This document shows positions 52,735 to 62,665 of a DNA stretch of 64,000 nucleotides, piece after piece; position 1 is the first letter of the stretch; every line of letters starts with the position of its first letter. The stretch comes from Nitrosarchaeum sp. Its GTDB lineage: Archaea; Thermoproteota; Nitrososphaeria; Nitrososphaerales; Nitrosopumilaceae. A program made the translations under genes and the position numbers. The stretch spans positions 1,824,001 to 1,888,000 of the forward strand of contig OZ245020.1 of NCBI GenBank assembly GCA_965223865.1, read 5' to 3'. Under the pieces are notes generated by a model. It was not told where the DNA came from, ran no database searches, and was given only the letters and a program-made list of their open reading frames with translations.

Positions 52735-52906
52735 ATGAAGATAGACATTCCAATTTCATGTCCAAAGTGTGATGGAAACATGTACTGTGTTAGTTATGAT
52801 GATAGTACACTACTAAACATACTCAAAAAGAGAAGCTGGCAGTTGTGTAAGAGCTGTGACTGAGATTAGTACTGATGATTTTAAGAAATTGATTTGTTGT
52901 GTATGA
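52735..52906 (+). pseudogene. Zn-ribbon microprotein, probably frameshifted
   Basis: MKIDIPISCPKC...CKSCD* followed by out-of-frame EISTDDFKKLICCV. Confidence 0.5.
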
Positions 52907-52993
52907 ATCTGATTTTATGTGATAACAGTTCTAGGACTGATTGGTTTTCTTGAAGAAGATTATTGTTTCTTAGAAAAACAAAATATGTTTTAG

Positions 52994-53386
52994 CTATTTT
53001 GCAATGTGGTTAACTATATCAGTGGAAGTGACTATTCCAGTAATTTTACCATTCTCAGATACGGCAAGTTTTCTAATTTTTTTGCTACTCATTATTTTTA
53101 CTGCAGAAGATATTGATTCGTCATGATTAATCGTAATTAGTGGAGAAGACATTATTTTTTCAACTGGAGTATCAAATGGAAGACTGTTTGTGGCAACTTT
53201 TGTTGCAAAATCCCTATCAGTAATAATTCCAACAGGAATTTCATTTTCTTTGACAATAATTGCGCCTATTTCTCCTTGTTCCATCATCTTTGCTATTTGA
53301 AGTGCAGTAGTTGCAGGACTTACAGAGATTAATGGAGTACTCATAATATCGGTGACTAGAATTGAAGAAAAATCTCCACTACTCAT
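52994..53386 (-). CDS. CBS-pair protein
   Basis: VGIITDRD and GIVTSTD motifs. Confidence 0.9.
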   Translation of the reverse strand: MSSGDFSSILVTDIMSTPLISVSPATTALQIAKMMEQGEIGAIIVKENEIPVGIITDRDFATKVATNSLPFDTPVEKIMSSPLITINHDESISSAVKIMSSKKIRKLAVSENGKITGIVTSTDIVNHIAK

Positions 53387-53702
53387 TACTGTTGTTATAA
53401 ATAATGATATTTTAAGATATTCATAAATTTTTTAATTTATCGATAAATCTCAAAACAAATCTTTGATTCTTGAGAATATTGAGTCTGAGAGTTGTTATCT
53501 CAGTTTTATTATTTTCAAATATATCATTCTATGAAACTAAAATGTTCTCGCTGTTCTAAAACAACTGATGTTACCATAGATAAACTAGTTTTCGAAAACG
53601 AAGATGAGGAAAATTTTGTAACATATTTGGCAGCAGAACTGTCAAAACCCAAATTGACAAATTGAGTTTTGTCGCTTTTATTGATTTGAGTCATATCATT
53701 TC

Positions 53703-53861
53703 ATGAGAATAAGATGTCCAAGCTGTTCCCACAAGTTCACACCATCTGAAGACGAATTGTACCTGGACTATGAGATGAACTATGACAATGATGAGAGGTT
53801 TGTCCGGGAGAGACTGCCAATACTAAAGTCGTCTTTTGTCATTTCTGAAAACAGGGGATAA
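53703..53861 (+). CDS. Small CxxC protein
   Basis: MRIRCPSCSHKFTPSEDELY... Confidence 0.4.
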   Translation: MRIRCPSCSHKFTPSEDELYLDYEMNYDNDERFVRERLPILKSSFVISENRG

Positions 53862-53884
53862 TAATCAGCAATAATGGTATTTTT

Positions 53885-54208
53885 TTATTCGGATATATCA
53901 TCTACAAACTTCTTTCTGGCTTTTACTGAGCGATAAAACCTTGCCCAAAATACAAGAGCAATTCCTGCCATCGATATGACATGAATGGATGAACCCAAAT
54001 TCTCCAACAACGGATTTTCAATATATTCAAAATCAAACATTACGTCAATTATTTCTGAAATTATCAGTATTGTTAATACCATGGAAATCTGAAATTGGAA
54101 ACTTTTGATTTTTCTGTGCTGTATTGCAAGTATGCCAAATATTGTCAATGTCGCCAAAAGAAGCAAAAAGGTGACATTGCTAAATATCAAAACTAGAAAG
54201 TCAATCAT
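53885..54208 (-). CDS. Small 3-TM membrane protein
   Basis: Hydrophobic; in an operon with the wHTH gene. Confidence 0.7.
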   Translation of the reverse strand: MIDFLVLIFSNVTFLLLLATLTIFGILAIQHRKIKSFQFQISMVLTILIISEIIDVMFDFEYIENPLLENLGSSIHVISMAGIALVFWARFYRSVKARKKFVDDISE

Positions 54209-54489
54209 GCATCAACACTTCTTTTTGCATTAATTCGTGTTTTTAGGTACGCCAATCCAAAAACAATCAAAACAGCATAAGACAGTGGCTCCACAATTGT
54301 TTCAGCTGCAATTTCATAGTGTAAAACCTCCAAAACATGGTAGAGTCCGTGAATTACGGCAAATACCGATAGTGCACCCATCGGAATCCTGAGATCATTG
54401 TTTTTGAGCCTGATACTGAAATAGATGGGCACAATGGCTGCGGCAAAAATCAAAATTCCACTTGCCAGATCAAAACCTGATGATGTCAT
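54205..54489 (-). CDS. Small 3-TM membrane protein with HGLYH motif
   Basis: Hydrophobic, with an intramembrane His pair. Confidence 0.7.
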   Translation of the reverse strand: MTSSGFDLASGILIFAAAIVPIYFSIRLKNNDLRIPMGALSVFAVIHGLYHVLEVLHYEIAAETIVEPLSYAVLIVFGLAYLKTRINAKRSVDA

Positions 54490-54495
54490 CTGTTT

Positions 54496-54858
54496 TTATT
54501 CCTCCATGGAAAAAAATTCCCTTGCCGCAAGATCCAGCCTGGTTGTGTTCTCTTCAACTTCAACAGAAACGTTGTCATCCTCATAGTTTACCTTGATGGA
54601 TTTTATCGTACTCTTAAACAAGCTGAATTTCTTGCCATCCTCTCTTATCTCGATCCTGTCAGTTACCAGCAGGTTGTTCTCTAGCATCCACTTTATCTTC
54701 CTGTAGACTGTGCTGTGAGAAATGTTGTGTAGTTTCATCAATGCCGGTACAGATTTTGAGTTTTGTTTGGTGGAATTGAATATTCTGACAATGTCTTCAT
54801 CAGACAATGCAGTCAACAAAACCTGTTTGAATTTTTCATTTGTAATAATCAAATACAA
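54496..54858 (-). CDS. Winged-HTH transcriptional regulator
   Basis: ALSDE...ISHSTVYRKIKWMLENNLL...DGKKFSLFKS. Confidence 0.85.
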   Translation of the reverse strand: MYLIITNEKFKQVLLTALSDEDIVRIFNSTKQNSKSVPALMKLHNISHSTVYRKIKWMLENNLLVTDRIEIREDGKKFSLFKSTIKSIKVNYEDDNVSVEVEENTTRLDLAAREFFSMEE

Positions 54859-54942
54859 TCACTTTAGATGCCGATATGATTAGTAGATGGCAAATTGGCT
54901 TTAAGGGTTAAACACAAATTCTACTTTATAGTTTATGTAGAT

Positions 54943-54970
54943 CTCACTATGTGAGTCCTACATTGTGGGA
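54943..54970. promoter_or_regulatory. Two adjacent inverted repeats in a divergent promoter
   Basis: CTCAC-TAT-GTGAG and TCCTAC-ATT-GTGGGA. Confidence 0.5.
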
Positions 54971-54997
54971 TTTGTCTTTTCGTTTTAATCTTGATCA

Positions 54998-56848
54998 TTG
55001 GTACCTACTCCAATGACTTTAACAAAGAAGACAAAATCGATGTACTTTACTACAACGATACTATCTGTACTGACTATAGCACTGTTCACAATTAGTCCAA
55101 TTAATAATGCAGAGGCAGGCGGAGGAGATGATCGCATAGAGTTTGATGTTACTGATACCCCAGGACACTGGTTTGACACTGGCAATGATATTGCAGGAAC
55201 TCGTTCCCTTGCAGTGGCAAGTCCTGACGTAGAGGTAAAGTTTAGAGGAGAGTCAAACACGGTTCACACATACACCAGCTTGCTGTATCCTACAGGTGCT
55301 GCAAACATGCCTTTTGAAACCGAAGCCCAAAAGGGAAGTGAAGAGGTGGATTTGGAGACTCCTGGCCTTTACGTGTTTACATGCCAGATTCATCCATACA
55401 TGTTTGGCGCTGTAATAGTTGATGATCCTTCAACTGCAGGACTTGATCTTGGAGAGGAGATAACTACAATCAATGGAATTACGGTTCCTACAAGCAGTGA
55501 TCTTGCAACAAGACTGTTGAGGACATTCTTTATTGCGACAAACCCTGACAACTGGCAGGACTATACATCACCTGCACCATGGCATGTGACATACCCAGAT
55601 GTGGATGTCCGAATAACTGGCGGAGCAGTGGTTAATCTGCCTGCGGTATTGGATGCAAGGTATGGAAATGACATTGCCCTAGAAGGCTTGTTTAATCCTT
55701 CAACTCCTGGAGTTGGTGAGGTATGGGTAAATACTCAGTTTGAGTTAACATCAGGAAAAGACAAACCTGGTACTGCTACTGTAATTAATGCACAGACATG
55801 GGAGCCAGAAAGAAAGGTATCGCTGCCACAGATTGAGATGAACAATCCTCACAACATGTGGACTGACAGAGACCAGAACCTGATATACCAAACACAGTGG
55901 TTTGATTCCAAGCTTACGGTGTTTGACAGGGAAACTGGAAAGCTTGTCAAAAACATCAGCGTTGGAGAGTCTCCTGCTCATGTCATGACCAGGGTTGACA
56001 CTGACCATATTCACGTTACACTAAACGGTGAGGAGGACAGCAGGTCTGTAGTTGAGCTAAAACCTTTGGCAAAAGGAGTTGAAAGAGAGATTGACATCGG
56101 ACGAGGACATCCGCATGCTCATTGGATGAGCCATGACGGACAAACAATGGTAACACCCAATGTGCTTGACTCTGATTCAACAATCTATGACTTTGATTCA
56201 GACTCTGTTACTGCAATAACTGATGCAGGTTCTCATCCCATTGCAACTGGTATGATGCCTGATTCAAGCAAATACTATGTAGCAAACCTACTTGACAGCA
56301 CCATGACAGTAATTGAGACCTCTTCTGGAGATGTACTTGGTACAGTCAACCTGATTGCAGACTATGACCCAATCAGCGGTACAATAACCGGCCCGGTGGG
56401 TGCATTGCCAATACAGACCCCAGTGAGCCCTGATGGCAACTATATGGTTACTGCAAATACGTTAACTGGAACCATCACCATATTAGACACTGACACAGAT
56501 CAGTTAGTTGCAATGCTTCCATGTGATCCTGGATGCCACGGAGTCCAGTTTGGAGCAAAGGAAGGTGGAGGATACTATGCATATGTCTCAAGCAAGTTCT
56601 CAAATGAGTTAATTGTGGTAGATGCAGATCCTGACAACAACGGTGATGCATCAGATGCACAGATTGCGGGTCGTGTAGCGTTGGTCTCATTGCCAAGTAC
56701 TGCCATTGATGATACAATAATAGGAAGTGATGGCATGGGAGGACAAGGAGTGTTAACGATTCCATTGCCCTATAATGGCTGGGTTCAAAACCTTCCAGAT
56801 TCTTGGAAGAGCCAACTAACTGCAGAACAGCAAAACCCAATCCAATAA
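54998..56848 (+). CDS. Secreted type-1 copper (cupredoxin) plus YVTN-like beta-propeller protein
   Basis: Signal peptide; H...PGLYVFTCQIHPYM; propeller repeats with His motifs. Start is probably ATG at 55013 or 55040. Confidence 0.88.
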   Translation: MVPTPMTLTKKTKSMYFTTTILSVLTIALFTISPINNAEAGGGDDRIEFDVTDTPGHWFDTGNDIAGTRSLAVASPDVEVKFRGESNTVHTYTSLLYPTGAANMPFETEAQKGSEEVDLETPGLYVFTCQIHPYMFGAVIVDDPSTAGLDLGEEITTINGITVPTSSDLATRLLRTFFIATNPDNWQDYTSPAPWHVTYPDVDVRITGGAVVNLPAVLDARYGNDIALEGLFNPSTPGVGEVWVNTQFELTSGKDKPGTATVINAQTWEPERKVSLPQIEMNNPHNMWTDRDQNLIYQTQWFDSKLTVFDRETGKLVKNISVGESPAHVMTRVDTDHIHVTLNGEEDSRSVVELKPLAKGVEREIDIGRGHPHAHWMSHDGQTMVTPNVLDSDSTIYDFDSDSVTAITDAGSHPIATGMMPDSSKYYVANLLDSTMTVIETSSGDVLGTVNLIADYDPISGTITGPVGALPIQTPVSPDGNYMVTANTLTGTITILDTDTDQLVAMLPCDPGCHGVQFGAKEGGGYYAYVSSKFSNELIVVDADPDNNGDASDAQIAGRVALVSLPSTAIDDTIIGSDGMGGQGVLTIPLPYNGWVQNLPDSWKSQLTAEQQNPIQ

Positions 56849-56889
56849 CTTTTTTCTTTTTATTTTTTAAGAAATGCTTATTCTATTTT

Positions 56890-59447
56890 GTGGAATCCAG
56901 AATATTTCTAGCTACATTATTGATATTTGGCAATGTGACCATATTGTACAATAGTACAGCGTATGCTGATGAAATAATTTTGTTTGAAACTCTTCGCAGA
57001 TCAGGAAGTGATGAAGTATCAACTGACAACCTGTACAAAGAAAGATGCTGGGTAAATGTACAAATTACAATAAAATCATCACATCACAACATCTACCACA
57101 GAAACAATCCAGACAAGACATTTTATCCTGCTGATGCCTTTGATTACGAAATTAATACTTGGATTGAAGGATGCCGTCACTTCCAACCCTGTCCTTTACA
57201 ATCTACTACCTTGATTGATGTTCCAAACGGGCCTGCATGTGAGATACATGGACATGATTCTGAAGATGACACAGTTGGTGGGACATATGGTGCTGCATCA
57301 AACTCTGGCACTGCAGTAATTCCAGCTGATTTTGACGATTTAGATTCAGCATCAATATCAAAGAGAGCTTCAGCTGAACAATACGTCTGCAACAAGGCAG
57401 GAACAAAGTGGGTTTGTGGATGGCCTACAAGGACTGCATCTGCAAGCTATTCTCCAAATGTAATACAGCCAAACATGGAAGTCACAATGGAGACCGTCGG
57501 ATACGAGTTCACAGAAGAAGATGGTCACATATCTAGAAATCTTGATGAATCCTATTACGTTTGGGATGCAATCAATGTTGTTCACAGTCCATTATACAAG
57601 TGGAAAAATGATAGAGTTGGAACCTTGTTTGTAGAGATTGAAAAGAGTCATGATCCTCTAGTCTTAGAAGATGAATTCTTTTGTGAATCTGCAAGCTGCA
57701 TCAACACAATGGAGATTCCAGGATTCAAACCATGGACTTGGGAGTTTGATTATGGCGATGGTAACACAGTGTACAATGCAACATCCCTTGCTGACATTGG
57801 AGAGCATGAAATTGAATATACCACAACGCTTTACAACATTGTACCGCAGATTGATCAGAACATCAACTCAACAAATGTTCTAGTTGTGGAATACGAGCCA
57901 ATCTATGACGCATATGTGTATCCTGTATTGTCCGATGACCAAAGACTAGCCATTCATGATAGGATGGGTGTTGCACTACACTATTTTGGCTCTGAGAGTA
58001 CAGATGCAAATCCTGATGATGAAATAGGTATTCATGAGGACAGACGTTCTAAAATTAATGATTATTTCTATTCAACTTGGGGCGAGGACCCTTGGAAATA
58101 CGAACTGCTAGATGGCACTGTAGCTGATACAGATTACTCTGATAGTATGGATTTGATATGGGATGAGGCACATGATGTTGGAATTGTAACTAACGAATTA
58201 CCTGTAAAAATATCTGAAGATATTACAGATAAATTGATTCCAACTGAATTTCCAAACGTAGTACCTTTTGAAGTTGTACAGCATGAGACTGCAAACTTTC
58301 TCAAAGCAGGTTACGGCAAAATCAAATTTGAGTATCCAGGTCTATATGATGTTCTAGTGGATCCGGTACTGAACATTCCAAAGTTTGAGAATGCCACCGT
58401 ATATGATACATTGCAATCATCATACTTTGCAGGACATGAAGTTACTCATCTGACAAACACAGAATACATGTATCCAGAATCATTTTTTCACAATACCTTG
58501 AGTGTAACAGCATTTGATGCAGACACAAATCAAGATGATTCAGTTGAAATCAAATTGGAACTCATACCTAGATTAGATATTCCAGGTACACAATATATTG
58601 ACGGATATATGCATGACAAGATTCTGTTTGATACCCAAGATGACGGATTATCCCAAATAATAACCGGTCTAGACATTGACAAAAATTCTATTGCCATAGT
58701 CAATGGACATGATATCTACGTTTTAGATGATCTTGAAAATTCTGGTTTTGGTTCTGTATCAATAGACAAAACTAGACGAATCCTGTCATCATTTACACAA
58801 TATGATACGATAGTAGATCAAACGTTTGCAAACGATGATGTGACTGATATTTCAGACAAGTATCTATTGGATACTGAAGATGCAATATTGCCTATTCCGT
58901 TGACAACTGGTCTGGATGCACTGTCACCATTTACCATATCCATCACTGCAAATAATGGAATCGATGAAATTACAAACACGTTTGATCAGACATGGTATGA
59001 TTTTTCAATTGACTACTCTTATGAGATAAACATGAATGATGATAACATATTAGACATCAAAAGAGACGAGGCAAATCCCAGAGTTTTGCTGTATCAGTAT
59101 GATGATAACTTTGGAGAAATAGAGTCATTGAAGATAAATGACGTTACAATTAGTGATGAAGATTTACTAGAATGCTTCAATATAAAATCTCTAAACACTT
59201 GTGTAGTTTCAGTACCACAAAAACATCAATTAGATGAGCTAAACATTACTGCAACTAACATTTGGAATGGGAAAGCATCTGCAACATTACCTGAAATTGA
59301 TGAAAATATTTTGAATCCGAAACCACCTGATGCAGAACATCTGATATTTGATGGAATTTTAGAATCATGGATAGTCATACTTTGGTGTTTTTGCTGATGA
59401 TACTTACAGTATTTTGGATTGTCAAAAAATACCAATCAGACAAGTAA
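56890..59447 (+). CDS. Large Cys-containing surface protein, module copy B; frameshift in the C-terminal TM anchor
   Basis: Colinear paralog of 38865-41462. Stops at 59397; the TM plus KKYQSDK tail continues in another frame to 59447. Confidence 0.85.
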
Positions 59448-59497
59448 ATCTGAAAATTATCAAGACTTATCAATCCCTTCTGATTTATTGTGACATC

Positions 59498-59647
59498 TTG
59501 ACAATTCAAGATAAGGAAAAATTCGTTCAGGAATTTCGATCTATTCTAGACATGAATAACTATGATTATGATGAGATGAACGCAAGACTGGCAGAAATTA
59601 TCAAGAATGTGAGAAAATCATATCCTGCTGGCAGAGATGATTATTGA
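59498..59647 (+). CDS. Small helical protein, module copy B
   Basis: ...EFRSILDMNNYDYDEMNARLAEIIKNVRKSYPAGRDDY, paralog of 38636. Confidence 0.8.
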   Translation: MTIQDKEKFVQEFRSILDMNNYDYDEMNARLAEIIKNVRKSYPAGRDDY

Positions 59648-59745
59648 TTAAACTATATAGATTTAGGTTAAATTCGTACTCATACTAGGCATATGGTATA
59701 TTGTATAGTGATGTTTTTAGGTATGAATTCAGATCTATAGTTTTG

Positions 59746-59886
59746 ATGAATACATCGACAAAAGACGAGATCATAAATGATTTTGTAGGTGTGATTAACC
59801 AGATTGACCACAAGCCATCTGATGAGATAGAATCCAGCCTGCAAAAAATAGTACATAAGGTCAGACCTCATATTCATAAAGTCTAA
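59746..59886 (+). CDS. Small protein, possibly a distant paralog of the preceding gene
   Basis: MNTSTKDEIINDFVGVINQIDHKPSDEIESSLQKIVHKVR resembles KEELIQEFREIL...EINNRLAEIIKNVR. Confidence 0.55.
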   Translation: MNTSTKDEIINDFVGVINQIDHKPSDEIESSLQKIVHKVRPHIHKV

Positions 59887-59934
59887 CCTGTGGATTTCTC
59901 ATCTACTTATGTTTTGGCCTTTTTAAAATAATTA

Positions 59935-60135
59935 ATGTTTTACTGTGTGAAATCAGTCAAACTGCAACACAGAACATACCTTGGAAAAGACAACAAAACA
60001 AAATATCTTCAACACAGAATCAACATTCCTCATGAAATAATCAGAAAATTAAACTGGACAGAAGAGAATCAAATCATTCTAAAGATAAACATAAAGAAGA
60101 AAATCATAATTTTGGAGCTTAAGACCAAAAACTAG
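59935..60135 (+). CDS. AbrB-like small protein
   Basis: RINIPHEIIRKLNWTEENQI. Confidence 0.6.
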   Translation: MFYCVKSVKLQHRTYLGKDNKTKYLQHRINIPHEIIRKLNWTEENQIILKINIKKKIIILELKTKN

Positions 60136-60302
60136 CGCTAGTATCTTGGTGACAGCTCTGATAAATATCACTCTGTAAAATATTTACATATGTACTATAT
60201 GCTATATGTAATTCATCATAATAATATGAGCTCTATGTACTGTCCTTGAATCAACGATAATTCATACGTCAGCATTATATCCTAAAATGTCATCTACATT
60301 TT

Positions 60303-60431
60303 ATGCAGACTGCTACAACCTGGAAATGCTACAGATGTAACCTAATATTTAACAAAGAACAGATAGCTGCTACACATCATGATATATTCAAACACCCTGT
60401 ACAAAAGATAGAGCTCTCAATTCTAAACTAA
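60303..60431 (+). CDS. C2H2-type Zn-finger microprotein, module copy B
   Basis: MQTATTWKCYRCNLIFNKEQIAATHHDIFKHPVQKIELSILN. Confidence 0.85.
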   Translation: MQTATTWKCYRCNLIFNKEQIAATHHDIFKHPVQKIELSILN

Positions 60432-60620
60432 TCTTTTCTTTTTTTAAATTAATTAAGATGCACTTTGATGAAAAATTCTACATATGATGTTTGTTGTTGT
60501 TAATGATACAGTAATTGTTTATTATTGTCATTTAATGTGTCATGAAATAGCTCCTGATACAATAAATCAAATTCTGCAAAAAATACAATTCAAGACACAA
60601 TTTCTAGCTACTTTTCTACT

Positions 60621-60630
60621 ACTATATAGA
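60621..60630. promoter_or_regulatory. ACTATATAGA site upstream of the alkaline-phosphatase-like gene
   Basis: Core palindrome about 70 bp upstream of the start. Confidence 0.55.
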
Positions 60631-60699
60631 TTACAAACAATACAGAATCTATAATGTGATTGCACATGTAGTGATGCACATAACTTGTCTTAACAGAGA

Positions 60700-62317
60700 T
60701 TGAAACTTCACTCATTTGTCATTACGACGTTTATCTTTTTTTCATTGGGTTCTATGTCACTGATATTCACAAATATGTCATTTGCAGAAAGTGAGAAAAA
60801 AAGCATGATTGTGACGCCTCTTGGCACCTACGAATCAGGCATATACGACAAAGCCGGTGCAGAAATAGTGACACATGATCATACAACTCAACGTCTGTTT
60901 GTCACAAATGATCATTCTCAAACTATAGATGTACTTGATATTAGTAATCCAAAAAACCCCATACTGGAATTCTCCATAGATGTTACACCATATGGTAATT
61001 TGGTCAACAGCATTGATGTGCATAACCAAATCATTGCAGCTGCAATAGAACCTGAATCACACGACCATCTTGGCAAAGTAGTTTTTTTTTGATATACACG
61101 GAAATTACTTGAATGGTGTTCAAGTAGGTTTTCTTCCAGATATGTTGACCTTCACTCCTGTAGGTGACAAGATACTGGTTGCAAATGAGGGAGAACCCAA
61201 ATCTTATTGTAATGATAGCCAAAATGATCCTGAAGGCTCAATAAGCATAATTGACATATCAAACAACAAAATACAAAATCCTATCGTTACTGCTATAGGT
61301 TTTGATCAGTTTAATGGACAAGAAGAAAAACTGCAAGAAAAAGGAATCAGAATATTTGGTCCAGGTGCCACATCTGCACAAGATTTAGAACCAGAATACA
61401 TTACGATTTTACCTGATGGCAAAACAGCAGCAATAAGCCTGCAAGAAAATAATGCAGTAGCAATCCTGGATATTGATTCAGCACAAATAACAGAACTACT
61501 GCCTATGGGATACGTAGATCATAGCATCTTAAAAAACAAGATTGATGCAAGCGATGAGGATGGTAAAATCAACATTTCAAACTGGCCAGTCAAGGGAATG
61601 AGACAGCCTGACGGGATTGACTCTTTTGTTGTAAATAATGACATATTTTTGATCACTGCAAATGAGGGAGATCCTCGAAATTATGGTTGTATAGTCAATT
61701 ATGAGGATACAGAAGAGGAAAAGGTATCAGATATTTTATTGGACTCTGATTCATTTCCAGACAAACATATACTGCAAAAAGATGAAAATCTGGGACGTCT
61801 GAAGGTAAGCTTGCTAGAAGGCGATACTGACAACGATGGCGATTACGATGAACTCTTCACATTTGGCAGCAGGTCATTTTCCATATGGACTGTTGATGGC
61901 CAGCTAGGGTATGATAGTGGAGATGACTTTGAACAGATTATTGCATCCAAGTTTCCAGACAACTTTAATGCAAATCACTACTACAACGAATTTGACAAAC
62001 GAAGTAACAACAGGGGCCCTGAACCTGAAGGAGTGATTGTTGAAAGAATAGGTGCAAAACAGTTTGCATTTATTGGTCTTGAGAGAATGGGTGGAATGAT
62101 GATATATGACGTAACTAATCCATATAATCCAGAATTTGTTGATTACATAAACAACAGAAACTTTGCAGTAGATCCTTCAAAAGAATTGTCTGGTGCAGGG
62201 GACCTTGGACCAGAAGAACTCTTGTTTATACCCAAATATCACAGTGCTATAGACAATCCTCTACTAGTAGTTGCAAATGAGGTAAGTGGAACTATAACCA
62301 TTTACAAAATTGAATGA
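60700..62317 (+). pseudogene. Alkaline-phosphatase-associated (choice-of-anchor I type) beta-propeller, split by +1 frameshift in T9 tract
   Basis: AEIV, LPDMLTFTP, VANEGEP, DLEPEYI, QPDGI, TANEGD, GPEPEG, GLER, DLGPE and VANEVSGT motifs; T9 at 61082-61090 where T8 would keep the frame. Confidence 0.85.
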
Positions 62318-62665
62318 ATCAATCATTCAATTTTCTTTTATACTATTTCACATATTGTAGTTTGGAATTCACACGGTGGAGTCATTCAGCCGTTTAACCG
62401 ACCATATACCTACTAGGGTTGGGCAATATTGGCCCAATTCTAAATTATTGTTATTCTATGATCAAAGAATATGGTTTTATTTTTTCATACTTTTCACTGA
62501 TGATTTGTATGAACAAATTATTTTTGAATCTTTTATACAAACTTTGTAAAGAGATGTCATGAATCAATCTAATCTAACTTGGGAAAAAGTGCAAGGATTA
62601 TTGTGGATATTTGTTGAAGATAACGAATAATCTCGTTACTTTTAAAGAAATTCAGATAGTCTTTT

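Noticed and set aside
53531-53665. MKLKCSRCSK... micro-ORF
   Set aside because: Only one CxxC in frame; possibly a decayed Zn ribbon, too weak to call.
54998-56848. nosZ or nirK call
   Set aside because: No CuA CxxxCxxxH motif, domain order reversed relative to NosZ, and no multicopper-oxidase domains.
59652-59661. CTATATAG site as evidence of phosphate regulation of the 59746 ORF
   Set aside because: The downstream gene has no phosphate link and the spacing is longer (about 85 bp); it may be a chance copy and weakens the motif's specificity.
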